NCBI GenBank assembly: GCA_012026655.1
Contig: JAAILG010001066.1
Span: 1-64,000 of the forward strand
From: Hydrolagus affinis
Lineage: Eukaryota
Direction: 5' to 3'
Length of the DNA: 64,000 bases
Shown here: piece by piece, positions 1 through 12,759 of the stretch
Position numbering within the stretch: position 1 is the first letter of the stretch
Layout: each line of letters opens with the position of its first letter
Notes under the pieces: generated by a model
What the model was told of the DNA's origin: nothing
Databases searched by the model: none
The model's input: the letters and a program-made list of their open reading frames with translations, nothing else
Translations under genes and position numbers: made by a program

Positions 1-253
1 CCCCCCACCCCTTGCATACCTGTATATTGTATTCGAGGACTATGAATACAATATGGCGGCTTTGCACCTCGGTCTGTGCATTGTGTATAGAGATGAGCAT
101 TCTGGGTCTTGTAGTTGTGTGCTCGCATCCCGATTTTTTACCTCGATATATCGTTTTTTCGATATATCGATATTTTAAAAATGTCTATATTGGCGTATCG
201 TTATGAAAATTATATCGGGTTTTAGCGATATATCGATATATCGCCGGACCCTA
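1..253. mobile_element. hAT-type non-autonomous DNA transposon, one end
   Basis: Ends ...GATATATCGCCGGACCCTA (reverse complement TAGGGTCCGGCGATATATC); repeated CGATATATCG palindromes; close paralogue at 46232-46561. Confidence 0.75.
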
Positions 254-3200
254 CATGGAGGTAACATTTACATGTTCAGGAAAGCGTCAAGAAATCCAAA
301 AATGTGTGTTTTTTGATTTAGATTGGAATAAACTAAACTGTAATAAATAGATGGAATAAACTCCCCACACATTGCTCTGTAAAGCTCCCCTGTCTCTGAT
401 GATCTGTGTTACGTACCCACAAACATCCACTGCTTTAGATGAGCTGCCAACAGCCTGAGTGAAAAGAAACAGAAAACTACAATAAAGTGGGAATGTCAGT
501 TCGGTCTTGATATGAGGAGTGTAAACATAGGCAGAGGAATCCCGATTGTGTAGCTCATAGACCAGGAATAGCACATCCATTGCTGACATAAGTAAGGAGA
601 TTTTGGAGCAAATATGTGGAATACCTTAACACTTTGTGCTAATTAAGACAAGGAATATAACTACAACTTGCACTAATTTTGCACCCTCCACATAGGGTAC
701 CTATTCAAAAACAAATGGATTGAATTTAATCTCCTCAACATTGATTTTTAATTAAAAAAATGAATTAATTGTTTGCGTCACTTTCATTAATGGCAACTGT
801 CTTTGTCACAATAATTTTGAATTGTTTAAAAGATATATTAAATATTCATTAGAAAATGATGGAGAATAAAAATGATTTGGTGGTGATAGTGGATCACCAA
901 TTAATAGTGTGGAGTCTCTTATAAATGGATTATTTATTTTCCTGGAATAAAGAAATAAGAGAACAGTTTTTTTTGTGGTCAGCATTTTTTTGTGTCCCAT
1001 TGTCCTTAACAAAGCTAGCCAAGAAAGCTAGCCAACACAGATAGTTCCATCTCAAAAACACATTGAGCTATGCATGAAACCAACTTATTCCAGTTTTCTA
1101 ACTACCTGATTAAGGCCACTTCCAAAGTATTTGGACTAACCTCTTTACACGGTTTCTGTGGCATTAAATAGCATTCAGAGAAGAACCACAAGGAACTTTG
1201 GAAATTTTGAATTTTAAGTTAGGAGGAGAAACTCGCAAATTAAATGCATTACAGAAAGGAAAATTGAGGGGTAACATCATACGGTATATGTTTTTGAAAT
1301 ATTAACAGTGATTTCAACAATTCTGTGCCAGGTTGGATGATCTCCAATGAGGTTGCAGATGAGGTATTACAACTGGTTTCAGTGAAGAAGGAAAACCAGA
1401 ATACCATACTTCCATTTAGTTTAGTGCTTTTCACATTAGAAGGACATCCAAAATGCTTGTATGGATTTTGAATACCAGCTAGAGCTCCCATTCCTGATAG
1501 TTATTTCTATGATTTCAACTAGAGAATTCCGCAGAACCCACATTGTTTCGACATGTCAATCATGTTAATAAGACACAAGCTGCGCTGTATAACTATGCTA
1601 TCACATTCTGATACTTCTTGACAATGCCTGTGTGTTTCAGGCAGAAGTTACTAATTCCTTTCGCGCTTAAATTTACTCTGCGTTTAAGATTACTAGATCC
1701 TTTGTAGAGTGGCTTTGCCTAAATTTTAAGACAGTGATGTTTTCTTAGCCAGTACTTTTGACCCATTTTATTGTTGTTACTCTGCAGTTGTTTCCAGAAT
1801 AGCCAGTTTCAAAACTTTTTCTACAAATTAATTTTCTCTCTTGAAAAAGAAGTGCAGCCTGAGGCAGTAACTTTAGTGAGATATGAACTGCGAATGAAAC
1901 ACTGGGAACCGGTGCGAGATAGCAACTGGCCTTCCATGACATATTTGCATGATTTGTCAATTCTATCCATCCACTGAAATTGAACTTGGAAGTATAGTAC
2001 ATGAGGTAGCACTGAGTACGTGTGCAACATAAGAGGGACAATTTTCTGAAGGTCAGTACATTTATGGACTTTGCCGTGTGAGAATGTTTTGTTTTTTTGC
2101 TGGTCTGATTATTCATGAACCTTCATAGAATTATCCCTTAGGGGGTCTGACCTTTACAACAAAGAAAAGCACATGGATCATTAAACTCACATGCCATAGA
2201 GGTGTTTACTGATCTGTAGTGTAAAGATATGCTGGTATTAGTAACAATTGTACATATCACTCTACTTCTGAAATACAACACCTAAATACAGCAATAACCA
2301 CAGCTGAGGCTTGTAGTTAGAACAATTTTTCATCACTTTCCATTAAACAACTACATATACGTTATTTTAAATATGGTTTCTTTTGAAAATATTTTGAAGA
2401 TAAAGATTATAATTCTCATATTTGATTGTAAAGCACAAACAACGAAAGAGCATGAATGGTACTGAAATGCATCCTGACATTTTCGCATATCATCACAGTA
2501 TTTATTGTATTTGCAAGTTCAACGGGTTTTCCTTGTTCGTCACACAAAATATTTTCGATCATGAAGATCTGTCCCTTTTAGAACATTTAGTATTTGTTAT
2601 AATGTGGAAACTAGCAGAATTCTATTATAATTGCCTCTTGGCAAAAATATAGTTTGCCAAATCACAATAATTTTAATGCAACGTTGTGAAGTGCAATTTT
2701 AGGATAGACATGAGGAAGTGTTCCTTTACATAGATAGAAAATCAACAGCTGGAACAGGTGACCAGGAAAATGGATAAGGCAGTTGATTCATTTTAGAAAA
2801 AGCTTGACAATGTAAACCTTGCTTGTTTTGTTGTTTCTTGTGATCTGTTGAGGAATATCTCTTTATCGGTACTAAATTAATGAGGAGCAGAATAACTGAG
2901 TTTGGTAGCTCAAAGCAGAACAACCTTCCATTTTAATACAGTTCATCCTTTATGCATGCTTTGCTACGACCACTTCTGCTCCCCCCCCACCCCTTGCTTG
3001 GCATCCAAACCCATCAATGTGAAGCCCTCAAGATTATCTACTTGAATGGTGCTTTATAAATACTATATAAATATATCCGCTGGTGTTATTGATGAACATT
3101 TAGCTGCATCATAAATGACATTCTCTGTTCAATGTCCCTTTTAGAATTGGCATAATATTTGCAGCCTAAGAATACACAGGCCTGAAAAAGACTATTGTGG

Positions 3201-6064
3201 TCCATCTGGCAAGTTCCAAATGAATATTAAAAAATGCACTACTCCTATTCTCCTCGATCAATTATAATGGAAAATCCCTTTGCCAGCACAGAATGCCAAG
3301 TTTGTTTGCATTAGCAAAATTATTTACCTCTAGAGTGTCAGTGAAAGGCAGTGTGTCAGCACCTTCATGTATGCTCTTTTCCCCCTGTAGGTCACCCTAC
3401 ACCATTCACTAATTCTGTCTTTTAGAATAGATGACCTTGCCTACTCCCCGTTCTTTGCCAATGGTGTTTTGTTGTCAGGTGGTAGGTGTTCTGCATGAGC
3501 TGCACAGGTTAATTTGCCCTTGGTTTTTTTCCCTCTCACTACCCTTTGGTGAAGTGTTTTTCCTCCATTTGTCAACACCTCCAATAGCCTCATTAAAACT
3601 AAATTTCACTGTGAGATCAGAGATGGAATGGATAAAACCATATCATTGCATAACGCAGGACATTCAGTAATAGACAACAATCACAATACGTATTTTTGCT
3701 TGTGTTTAATTACTGTTGAAATTCACCATATTTTTCTGCAAGGAACCAATTAGTTTGTGTTTAAACTGAATCTTTGCTTAGGTGTTTGAGTCAGGCTCGA
3801 GCAAATGTTGTGTCAACCAAGTCTTTAACTGCTTTTCTTGCTGTAGTCTTCCACTCCCAGGCACATGATGTGGAAAGTACAAATGTGCAGGTCACAATCC
3901 TGTTATGCAAACATTCCATCATATTCATTACCACTTTACTTGGCAGGTCTGAGGTTTAACGTATCTGTTCACACACACCTTACCTCAAAGTGTGTGCTGC
4001 CCAATCCATCTCTTCTTGGCAACATTTGCATGTTCCACAGCACGATCGCCATCATTGTGCTGCAGACGTGAGGAATTCCTGACCATTTACTAAAACTGGA
4101 GACAAAGGAGATCTAATAATAAAAGGCCTTCACTTGTTGTAGAGGACAGAGTGTTGGAGTCACAATCCAAATTCATGTTGGTGTCAGTACAGCTGTCTCC
4201 CTAAACTTTAGTTAAGTCTCTCTTAACTGTGTAAAAGTGATTTTTAAAAAAGCCACAATACTGTCATTCAAATCATTGATCAGTTACCTGACAGTCAACT
4301 TACACCAGGTTACTACAGTACTTTGATAAATACAATATCTGCTGATACAAAATATGTTTAAAATATTATTAAAATTAATTTCCAAAAAAAGTACTATTGT
4401 TAAAATATTCAAATTCATGGGCTTTATTTTACCAATACAATACAATGTATTTTACCAATACAATGTGCTAGCTTGAAGCAAGATAAATCTTTTGTGGATG
4501 CTATTTTTAGTCAAAGAGTAAGCTCATCTAAGAGCCTTTGAGTTCTATGTCCCTTTAACCTGGTCAGATAAACTAAGCCATTAAGCTGTCTGATAATTTC
4601 CGTCTGCTACTGGATATCAATGGCAAACCCAAACACCATTTCTGAGGAGGTGCTCAGCTATGATACTTTCTTGCATGCTGTAGTTTGACATTTCAAAAGA
4701 TGTTTTAAAAGCAGTCCTTTGCTGTTTTGGGGTTTTGCTCATTGCTGGCAGAGCCATGTATTTCCAGGTTACTGTGACAACATACAGTAACTTGCATAGA
4801 CATGCTGATGTTAGTACAGCTCCTCGATTCTCTGCAATCTGCAGGTTGTAGTAATACCATGGATTTATTACGGCCTATTTTCCCGCTGTTTCGTACTCTC
4901 CAAGGCGCTGGATCTTGCAGGAACCAGCAGCTCACTGGTCTCTCACTCAAGTCATTTTTCATGTGTGACCTTAGAGCGTGAACGTTGACAGATTGATTGC
5001 GGAGGGCATCAAAGTTGATCCTGATCCTCCTCTTCGTCCAGCAACCAGACATGTGCACTATCCATTAGAGAAATAATTGGTGGTGCTTCTTGTTCAGTGC
5101 AAGCATGCACAACGTGTGATGCCAGAAGTGACTCTAGCAAAGTATGGTGAGCATCAACTCACTGTACAGGAAGTGATGTTATCGATGGCCTGGTGACCTG
5201 GAAAACAGCCATTTTTTGTGACCTTGATTATAATGCGGTCAGACATATCTTGGACCCAGCTGACTGTATTGTGACAGGGTTTCCCTGTAGATTAACCTGT
5301 ATAAATCTCAGCCACAGGGTCTGGAGCATAGTGGAGGTAAATTTATTTGGTAATCAACAAATTGGATTATGTACTCAAAATACCAGTGCCTAAAAGCAGA
5401 TAAGATCATTTACTTAAATTTTTTGTTTCTCTATATTGTATTCAGCATCAAGTGTAAATTGAATAGGATGACCTTTTGTTAGTGAACAAAATTGACTGCA
5501 TTTCCAAAGATTCTTTGGTTTCTATTACCATAAATATTGATATTGGATCCATAATCTGAATCGGGTCTCGCATAAGAATATCTTTTAGCGGTTTGTCCTG
5601 TTCACATTATTTAGAATTATAATTTGTTTTTATCTAGTTTGAAAAGGTTATTATTATAAAGACATTAAATGTACACTGTGTAAGCAAAGATAAATGCATT
5701 ATTAAATTCAATAACTGAACTGGATTATTAATGAAAAGGTTAAGCAAATTATAATGGGTTACTAACTGAACCTCGAAATTGCATTCTTACTGAACTGATA
5801 ACTAAAACTGTTCCCTGAAGTACTGAAGTATATGTTGCAGTTTTGTTTTCTAAGAAAACTTCATGTATCATACCACATCATTGTCCTACAATACCAGACC
5901 CATATTTTGAAACATGGTTAATGCCTGAGAAAAATATTTAGTAGACAAATGTATAACACAGCATGATAATTTACTCATTTGTAACCCTTTTGTTTGTGGG
6001 TTATTGGATCAGGCCATCATAGAATATGTTTCTATTCCATGATCACCCATTACTTGAACTCTAT

Positions 6065-6235
6065 TCAACAACGACAACAACAAAATGACATCTGTATAGT
6101 GCCTTTCACGTCGGGAAGACATCCCATGGTTCTGAGCAATCAGAGTTTCGGACCCTCGGAATTGGGGAGGGTGGAGTGCAGGGAGGGGAGGAGGGTGACT
6201 GAAGGCACTATTGAAGAGGAGGGTCTTATTCCAGC
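6065..6235 (-). mobile_element. L2 3' tail fragment
   Basis: (CAA)n followed by TATAGTGCCTTTCACGTCGGGAAGACATCCCA. Confidence 0.75.
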
Positions 6236-6554
6236 TCCACACGTGTCATGACACATGCAAGTTGAGATACTGCAGGTGAAGAGTTTGGGAGTTTCAAATT
6301 ATTTCACTTGATTATAAATGCAAATTACAGCACCAACAAAACTGATCTGAATTGATTTGGTTACTCCAAACTAAATGTACCAACACAATTAATTGTATAT
6401 TCTTATTGAACAAAGATAATGACTATGGAACACATCATCCTAACTGTAACATTATTCGATAATGAGCACCATATTTCAAAAGCCCTCCCAAGAGGAAGAA
6501 AAAGGTAGTGAGGTGTGCGTGAAGTTGAGCTGGAAGATTGCAATGCTAATGGTA

Positions 6555-6980
6555 GTTATCCTCTATCCCAGAAGATAGAGTTCCAAGTCCTGACTTTCAA
6601 AACCCTCCATGGCCTTGCTCCTCCCTACTTCTGCCAATTCCATACCGATCTCTCTGCAGAGCGTGCTCCAGTTTGCTCCATGTCCTCTGCTCTGCTTGCC
6701 CCACCATCTGCGGTTTGACCTTCAATCTTTCTATCCCTCTGAACTCCATCCCACAATCTCTTCGCCTCTTCCCTTGCTTTCTTTAAAACCTGTCTCGAAA
6801 CTCTCCTCTTCTGCCGTGCTTTCGGCTACCCTTCTACTCCCACCCTCCCTGCCCTCCACCCTCCATGGCCTCCACCCTTCCTGATCCCATCATCCAGCTG
6901 GTGTGAAAATCCTTGACTGCTGCACCTTGGGACATCCTCCTGACATGGAGGATGGTATACAAATGCAATTTATTGTTGTA
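6555..6980 (+). mobile_element. L2 LINE 3' fragment
   Basis: IEFQVLTFKTLHGLAPPY motif; C/T-rich 3' region and tail. Confidence 0.8.
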
Positions 6981-7009
6981 ATAAAAAATCTAGGACAGCC
7001 CTCAATAAC

Positions 7010-7270
7010 AATTATAAAAATAATCCTTGCATTTAATACAGCACCGGCTTTCACGTCTGGATGTTTTCTCAAAGCACTTCACAGAATTGAACATAAACTG
7101 TAGTGACTATATTTTGTAGATGCCTGGGACACAACAATGGAGCACAACAATGTCCCGCAAAACAACCAAGAAGTCAATGAACAATTTTATCCCAGGCAAT
7201 CGTTGGCCAGGAGACCAGGAGAAAATCTCTTTTTTTTTCAAATAGAGTTATGGCATGTTTAATGAGTAGG
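7010..7270 (-). mobile_element. SINE tail plus Deu-type fragment
   Basis: TAATCCTTGCATTTAATA tail, then TTGGCCAGGAGACCAGGAGAAAA. Confidence 0.6.
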
Positions 7271-10200
7271 CAGAATTAAATTTAAGAATGTGCAGAGCCA
7301 CATGTCGCATAGACTCACAGCCAGGGGCTCCCAGCACGACAAAGGGATTCTCTTTTAATGAACTCTCATTAACGTAGCACAGCACAGAGTTATCGGTAGA
7401 GTATCCAGCTCAAGATGTTCCTCCACTTGCTCATATTAAGCGACATGCTGACTGTTCTATTACCTTCACTTGTTACCATGCTCAGTGCCCTCATAAGTTT
7501 AGAAATGTAACTCAAATTTGTTTAAGTAAACCACTACTGTATCATGTAACTTAACTGTGTTTTGTACTGGTTAACAACAACAACAAAATTACAACAAAAC
7601 GTGCCTTTCACGTTAAACTATGTGGTTCCAATTATACTGGTCTTGAGTTGCAAAGAAAGGAAAAACAGTTACATTAAAAAAAACTCTAATATGCTTCAAA
7701 AAGTTACTACATCACAGATATATGACACAGATTATTGGCTAGCAGAGTGAATGTTTGGAGCGCTGCCCAATGCCACAAGAAGCAAGGAGGCATGGAGTGA
7801 ATGACAAGGAAAGAGCAAGATGAAAAAGTCTCTTGGAGTCCTGAATATGGATCTAAACAACAGAGCAAGGGAATTGAGTTGGATAATTTAGTTTTGAATC
7901 CTGCTCCCTTTTATTATTTTGCTCCATTGATTTGTGCACTTAATGGAATCAAGTTCCAATTTCCGCTTTTGAAGACAAGGTAGGAAAGGATTGATACAGA
8001 CAAGGGGGAATTGCTGCATCTGATCTGGCTCAACTGAGACAATCAAGATTTATTGGAAAATATCTGAATGTTGGGCTAAGTCAAACACCATATTCACTAA
8101 GAAAATGGCACCACTCATGCCAAGTAGATTAATTTGTCATTTGTTTTGTTTTTCTTTGCATATGCATTTCTATTGTGTTCGTAGGCTCCATTCTTTTCTA
8201 TGATCTGAAGTGTATGATGATGGAATTGTGAGTGTTAGGTATATTTATATTAATATTTTTATCTTGGAAATTTATGTATGTGTAGTCTAAGTTTGCATAG
8301 TCATTTTGGGACTCCTAACATGAAAGATGCTTTACAAGTGTAATTTTTGTTTGTTTGTTGTACAGTTTAGCCTACAGAGTGTTTCTCTTAACATCTATTT
8401 CCATTAAAAGTATTAACTGTCCATGCATTTACAGGCTCTATTTTAATGATGACCTGTAAAATTGATCGTGATCATAACTTAAATTCCACATTAATCCAAA
8501 TGTAATGCAAAACTAGCCTTTTTTAAAAAAAAACTTTTTTTCATGTACTTTTCAAAGGTTCCTGAAAGATATAAATTAAAACAACAAATCTCCCCCCAAT
8601 CACTTTGATTGTCCATTAAGAAGTAACACTGTTCTCTATTTTTTAAAAAAAACTACCACTGTTCCAAAATGCTTCTAACCTTGAATCCCTCACCAGCCAC
8701 CAGAGTATGAGGCAATAAACCAGATGTGTCAATATTCTGTTTTGTTCTGAACTGTTTTGTGTCTTACATTACAAAGGTCAAATAGATAAAGCTACGATTA
8801 ATTAACTACCTATTTTGACCCTGTTTGTGAGAGATCTATAGGTAGATGTCATGAGGGAAGTGAAATGACGATTCCTGGTACATTCTATTTGCTCAACTTT
8901 GTTTGAGTAAATAGAGAAAGGTTCAAAATGATCAATCCGTTCCAAATTTCCAAATTTTTCATTACAAAGGATAAAATAATTTAATGGTGTAAACTTTTTG
9001 TTTTAACTGTTTTAATATTAGAGATATCATATCCTCTATGCAAATAGAGTTTAATTAAAATAGAATTCACAGGTCCTTAATCTTATTGAAACTTGGAGGA
9101 AAAGACCTCCTTTCTGCTCCCACCCTCAATTCATCTGCAATCTAGTTTTAGTTGTAGTGTAATTATACTTTTTACCTCATCAGTTTTTCCTTCCACCTTC
9201 AATTTACCAGCTTTTTGAAATATATTTCAAATTATCTGGATTTATTATCAACTATCTGAGAATCCCAAGAATTTTTTAGTCCGTGTTTACAACAACAGCT
9301 TGCATGTATACAATGTCCAACACACAGGAATACATCTCCATATTTTATGGGGGGTATTAAAGTTTTGGAGAGGTTTTTTATGCCTTTTCATGTTGTTTTT
9401 TCAACCTTCCTCAAAAAGCTCCGGGATGAGAGATCGCAAGGGCTCATCTTTTTTTCATTTGAACATCCAGATCTAGGAAATGGAAGATTGGATATCACCA
9501 ATTACAGAATGATATTCTGAATTTGGCTGCCTGTCAGCAATCGTCTGGTGTCATTGTAAACTCACACCAATCATTTATTATTCATGCAATATAATTGATC
9601 CTATTCTTTGATAAACTCATGTGTACTGTCAAAATGATCTTTTTATAGATTAAAGACACTTAGTTCCTCAAATCAAACCGATGAGGATCTAATGTAGAAT
9701 CTACCCAAATCATGTCACATCTAGTCCATGTTTATCCTTACAAATGCCTGCCTTCAGCATGCATGTGATCTTTGTAATCCTTGGATTAATAATCGATTAA
9801 TGACTAAATGTAGTTTCTGGACTGAAGTACATCTTAGATGTAAGGACTTTGCACATCAAAGACCTTCTGAAATCCACCCATGGTACATCTGTTTGTAACG
9901 TCTTGTAATGCATCTTGCTGAAAGCTTTTTACTTATGTTTTGTCAGTTTCTAGATTTTGTTGTCACTTTACAATTTTTGGGGTGAAGAATCCTCATTATT
10001 TCACTGTTTAATTTTAGTGTGGACACATTTTTTAATTAGTACCAATAAAAAAAGGTTCCATAGAATCAAAAAAATCTACAAGAGTCGGACACGTTAACCT
10101 TTATTAGGGTCTGCATTTGCTGCTCAATTAAGATATTCTTCCTAATCCCAAATCTCTTTCCTTGTACACTCTCATGCCCTTCCTCTGCATGTGCCTAAAT

Positions 10201-10384
10201 GGCCTGCTCGAGCTGTAATCTCACCTTTAACATTCTATGTATTTACATCCCTAGAATCCTTTGTTCCTCCATTCCATTGGGACTTTTACCACTTGGGATA
10301 TATTTTTGTTCTCTATTCATCTTCCAAATATACGATGGTTCGTTGGTTAAATTCATTGCTGAATATGGAACAAAGCCACATATC

Positions 10385-10590
10385 AGTTAGCTGTGTCCCT
10401 GGGCTAGGGGAAAATTCAACCATGGATCCTGTTCCTGATTGCTGTTTAGTGACTCCTGCTGGAAAGTGCGTGCGTATAGATGTCAATGAGGACAGGATCA
10501 GGCTTGAACACAATGCCCCTTATGGCCAATTAGCTTGCTATCGTTCAATGGTTATTCTCACACGGGAAGAATGGCCACCTGGGCAACATC
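10385..10590 (+). mobile_element. Old SINE body fragment, probably the same family as 18413
   Basis: CCTGGGCTAGGGGAAAA...CATGGATCCTGTTCCTGATTGCT...CCTGCTGGAAAGTGCG...GAAGAATGGCCAC. Confidence 0.55.
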
Positions 10591-11379
10591 CCAACGGATT
10601 GCAAATACAAAAAGAACTATACTACAGGATGACTTTCTCACTGCCTTAGGGAAAGAATTGGGGGAATAACACTATATACATGGCAGCAAGTACCTTTGAC
10701 TAATGTTATGCATTTATATTTTTCTTTATTAGGCTTCAAAAAGAAAATTGTTCTGCTAATTAGGCTCCATTCATGAATGGCTTACATTGTGATTAAATTA
10801 TAATCACGTTCAGTTTTCTTTTTACTGCAGATGAATGCCAGATTAAAGCAAATTCCACGTTATCTACAGATAATAGAAGATATAATATCTTTTTAGAAAG
10901 CTTCACAATATTTATACAAGCAAGGACAACCTGAAAGATGAGTGATTTGATAACATAAATCCCTTTCGAGAATAAACAGTCACTGTTCACTTTTTAAGAC
11001 TCCTACACTTTGGGGGTAACCTATTAAACAGCTGATTTTGACAGAATCTTCCATATTCATCCGAAAATTGTATTGAAAAATGGACTTTCGATCCATTTGG
11101 TTTAGTTTATATTCTGTGCTTAAGGAGATGTTCCGGACAATTTACTTTGCAGTATGATGGCTTGCTACCGTCTGTTTACGTAACAGTAGTACCCACTACA
11201 TACCCACTAATCTTATTTTGTTTAATTTTACACCCATGTCCCATTATTGGACTTGTGGGGGAAGTGGGGTATGGCATTATTATTTCTATATTTCTCATGC
11301 CCCCTCACTGGACACATAATTCCACTGCTCAGTAAAGTAGAGCACTGAATAGGATCTTCTTATCCTAAGTGGACAGCAG

Positions 11380-11920
11380 CTAATAACAATAATACTGGCA
11401 TTTGATCTAGCACTTTTCACATCTTCTAGACATCTCAAAGCGCTTCACAGAATATACTGTAAAGTGAAACAAAAACAGAAATCACTGGAACAATCAGAAG
11501 GTCAGGCAGCATCTATGGAGAAAGGAAAAGTGAGTCAACGTTTCGGGTCCAAGATCCTTCATCAGAACTGATGAAGTTTCTGACGAATGGTCGTGGACCC
11601 GAAACGTCGACTCACTTTTCCTTTCCCCATAGATGCTCCATAGATGCCTGACCTGTTGAGTGTTCCCAGTGATTTCTGTTTTAGCTTCAGATTTCCAGCA
11701 TCTACAGTACTTTGCATTTTTGATACTGTAAAGTGAATTGACTGTACATTTGTGGGCGGTACACAGCAGCTAATTACTCACAGCAGTGTCCCACAAATAG
11801 TCGTGGATTGAAGTGACCAAATTATTATTTGTTTTTCTTGAGGGATTATTATTAGCTGTATTGAGTAAGGAGTAACGAAAATTGCCCATCCTGCCTGGAA
11901 TTGAACCAAGGTCTCTTGCT
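11380..11920 (-). mobile_element. tRNA-derived SINE interrupted by the Penelope-like hairpin
   Basis: Reverse complement of the family at 12190 and 47085. Confidence 0.8.
11469..11722. mobile_element. Penelope-like palindromic non-autonomous retroelement with 15-bp TSD
   Basis: Long inverted repeat centred near 11570; flanked by ATACTGTAAAGTGAA at 11454-11468 and 11723-11737; interrupts a SINE. Confidence 0.8.
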
Positions 11921-12189
11921 TTTCGGGTCCCCCTTGCTCGGGTCCTCCTTGTTCGAGTCCCGACCTGACAGTCCAGCACCTTGGGACGTCCTCCCGAAAT
12001 GAAAGGCACTCTAAAAAACTCTAAAAATGTAATTTTGTTGTTGGACTCCCCTCCTACTAAACGTTGAAGCTTCACCCTTTAATCTCTCCCATTATCTTTA
12101 AGCAGGGTATTAGTAGTAGATGTGTGAGAGAGCTTTGACTTCCATAGAGTGGGGTAAAAGGGGCTATCAAATGCAAGGATTATTATTCT

Positions 12190-12452
12190 GAGGTCTGTAG
12201 CTCAGTGATTAGAGCACTCATCTTGCAAGTGAGACCTGGGTTCGATACCCAGCAGGGCGAAACCTTGGGCAAGTTCCCTTACTCCACACACCAGATAATA
12301 ATCCCAACTGTTTGTGGCACAGTACTGCATGCAATTGGCTGCCGCATTTCACCCACAGCAGTCAATTCACTTTACAGTATATTCTGGAAAGCGCTTTGAG
12401 AAGTCTAGAAGACATGAAAAGCGCGATATTAAAATGCAAGGATTATTATTAT
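12190..12452 (+). mobile_element. tRNA(Ala-like)-derived SINE
   Basis: A box TAGCTCAGTGA, B box GGTTCGATACC, body, LINE-like tail ...ATGCAAGGATTATTATT. Confidence 0.88.
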
Positions 12453-12564
12453 TCATTATTTTATTTATTTTCCCCCACAGATTCATTTTCTTGCAGTAAA
12501 AATTAACAACAACAAAATTATACTTATATAGTGCCTTTACATCATCCGTTTATTTCCCCCCCAG

Positions 12565-12759
12565 AAGATAGACGAAGAAAATGAAGCTAATTTGCTAGCT
12601 GCCCTCACGGAGACTCTGGACAGTATCCCAGTGGATGAGGATGGATTGCCTTCATTTGATGCACTGACAGATGGGGATGTGACCAATGTCAACGATCCCA
12701 GCCCTTCCTCAGTGTCTGACTGCACCCCACCAACCCCAGAGGCTGAAGAGCCGTCTCTA
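12565..12759 (+). CDS. PPARGC1A: PGC-1alpha coding exon 3 (activation domain, L1 motif LLAAL)
   Basis: cag|AAG...CTA|gtaag; 195 nt; KIDEENEANLLAALTETLDSIPVDEDGLPSFDALTDGDVT...EAEEPSL matches vertebrate PGC-1alpha exon 3. Confidence 0.98.

Noticed and set aside
4705-5058. 117-aa minus-strand ORF, or a possible PPARGC1A exon 2
   Set aside because: No match to exon 2 (CAALVGEDQPLCPDLPELD...) seen here or elsewhere in 1-12564, and no recognisable protein
10191-10649. 152-aa ORF
   Set aside because: Overlaps a SINE body fragment, has no recognisable domain and starts at GTG; likely a chance ORF
12190-12260. tRNA-Ala-like genes (also 47090, 60345, 61000-61065)
   Set aside because: They lack a proper acceptor stem and run into a shared SINE body and tail, so they are SINE heads
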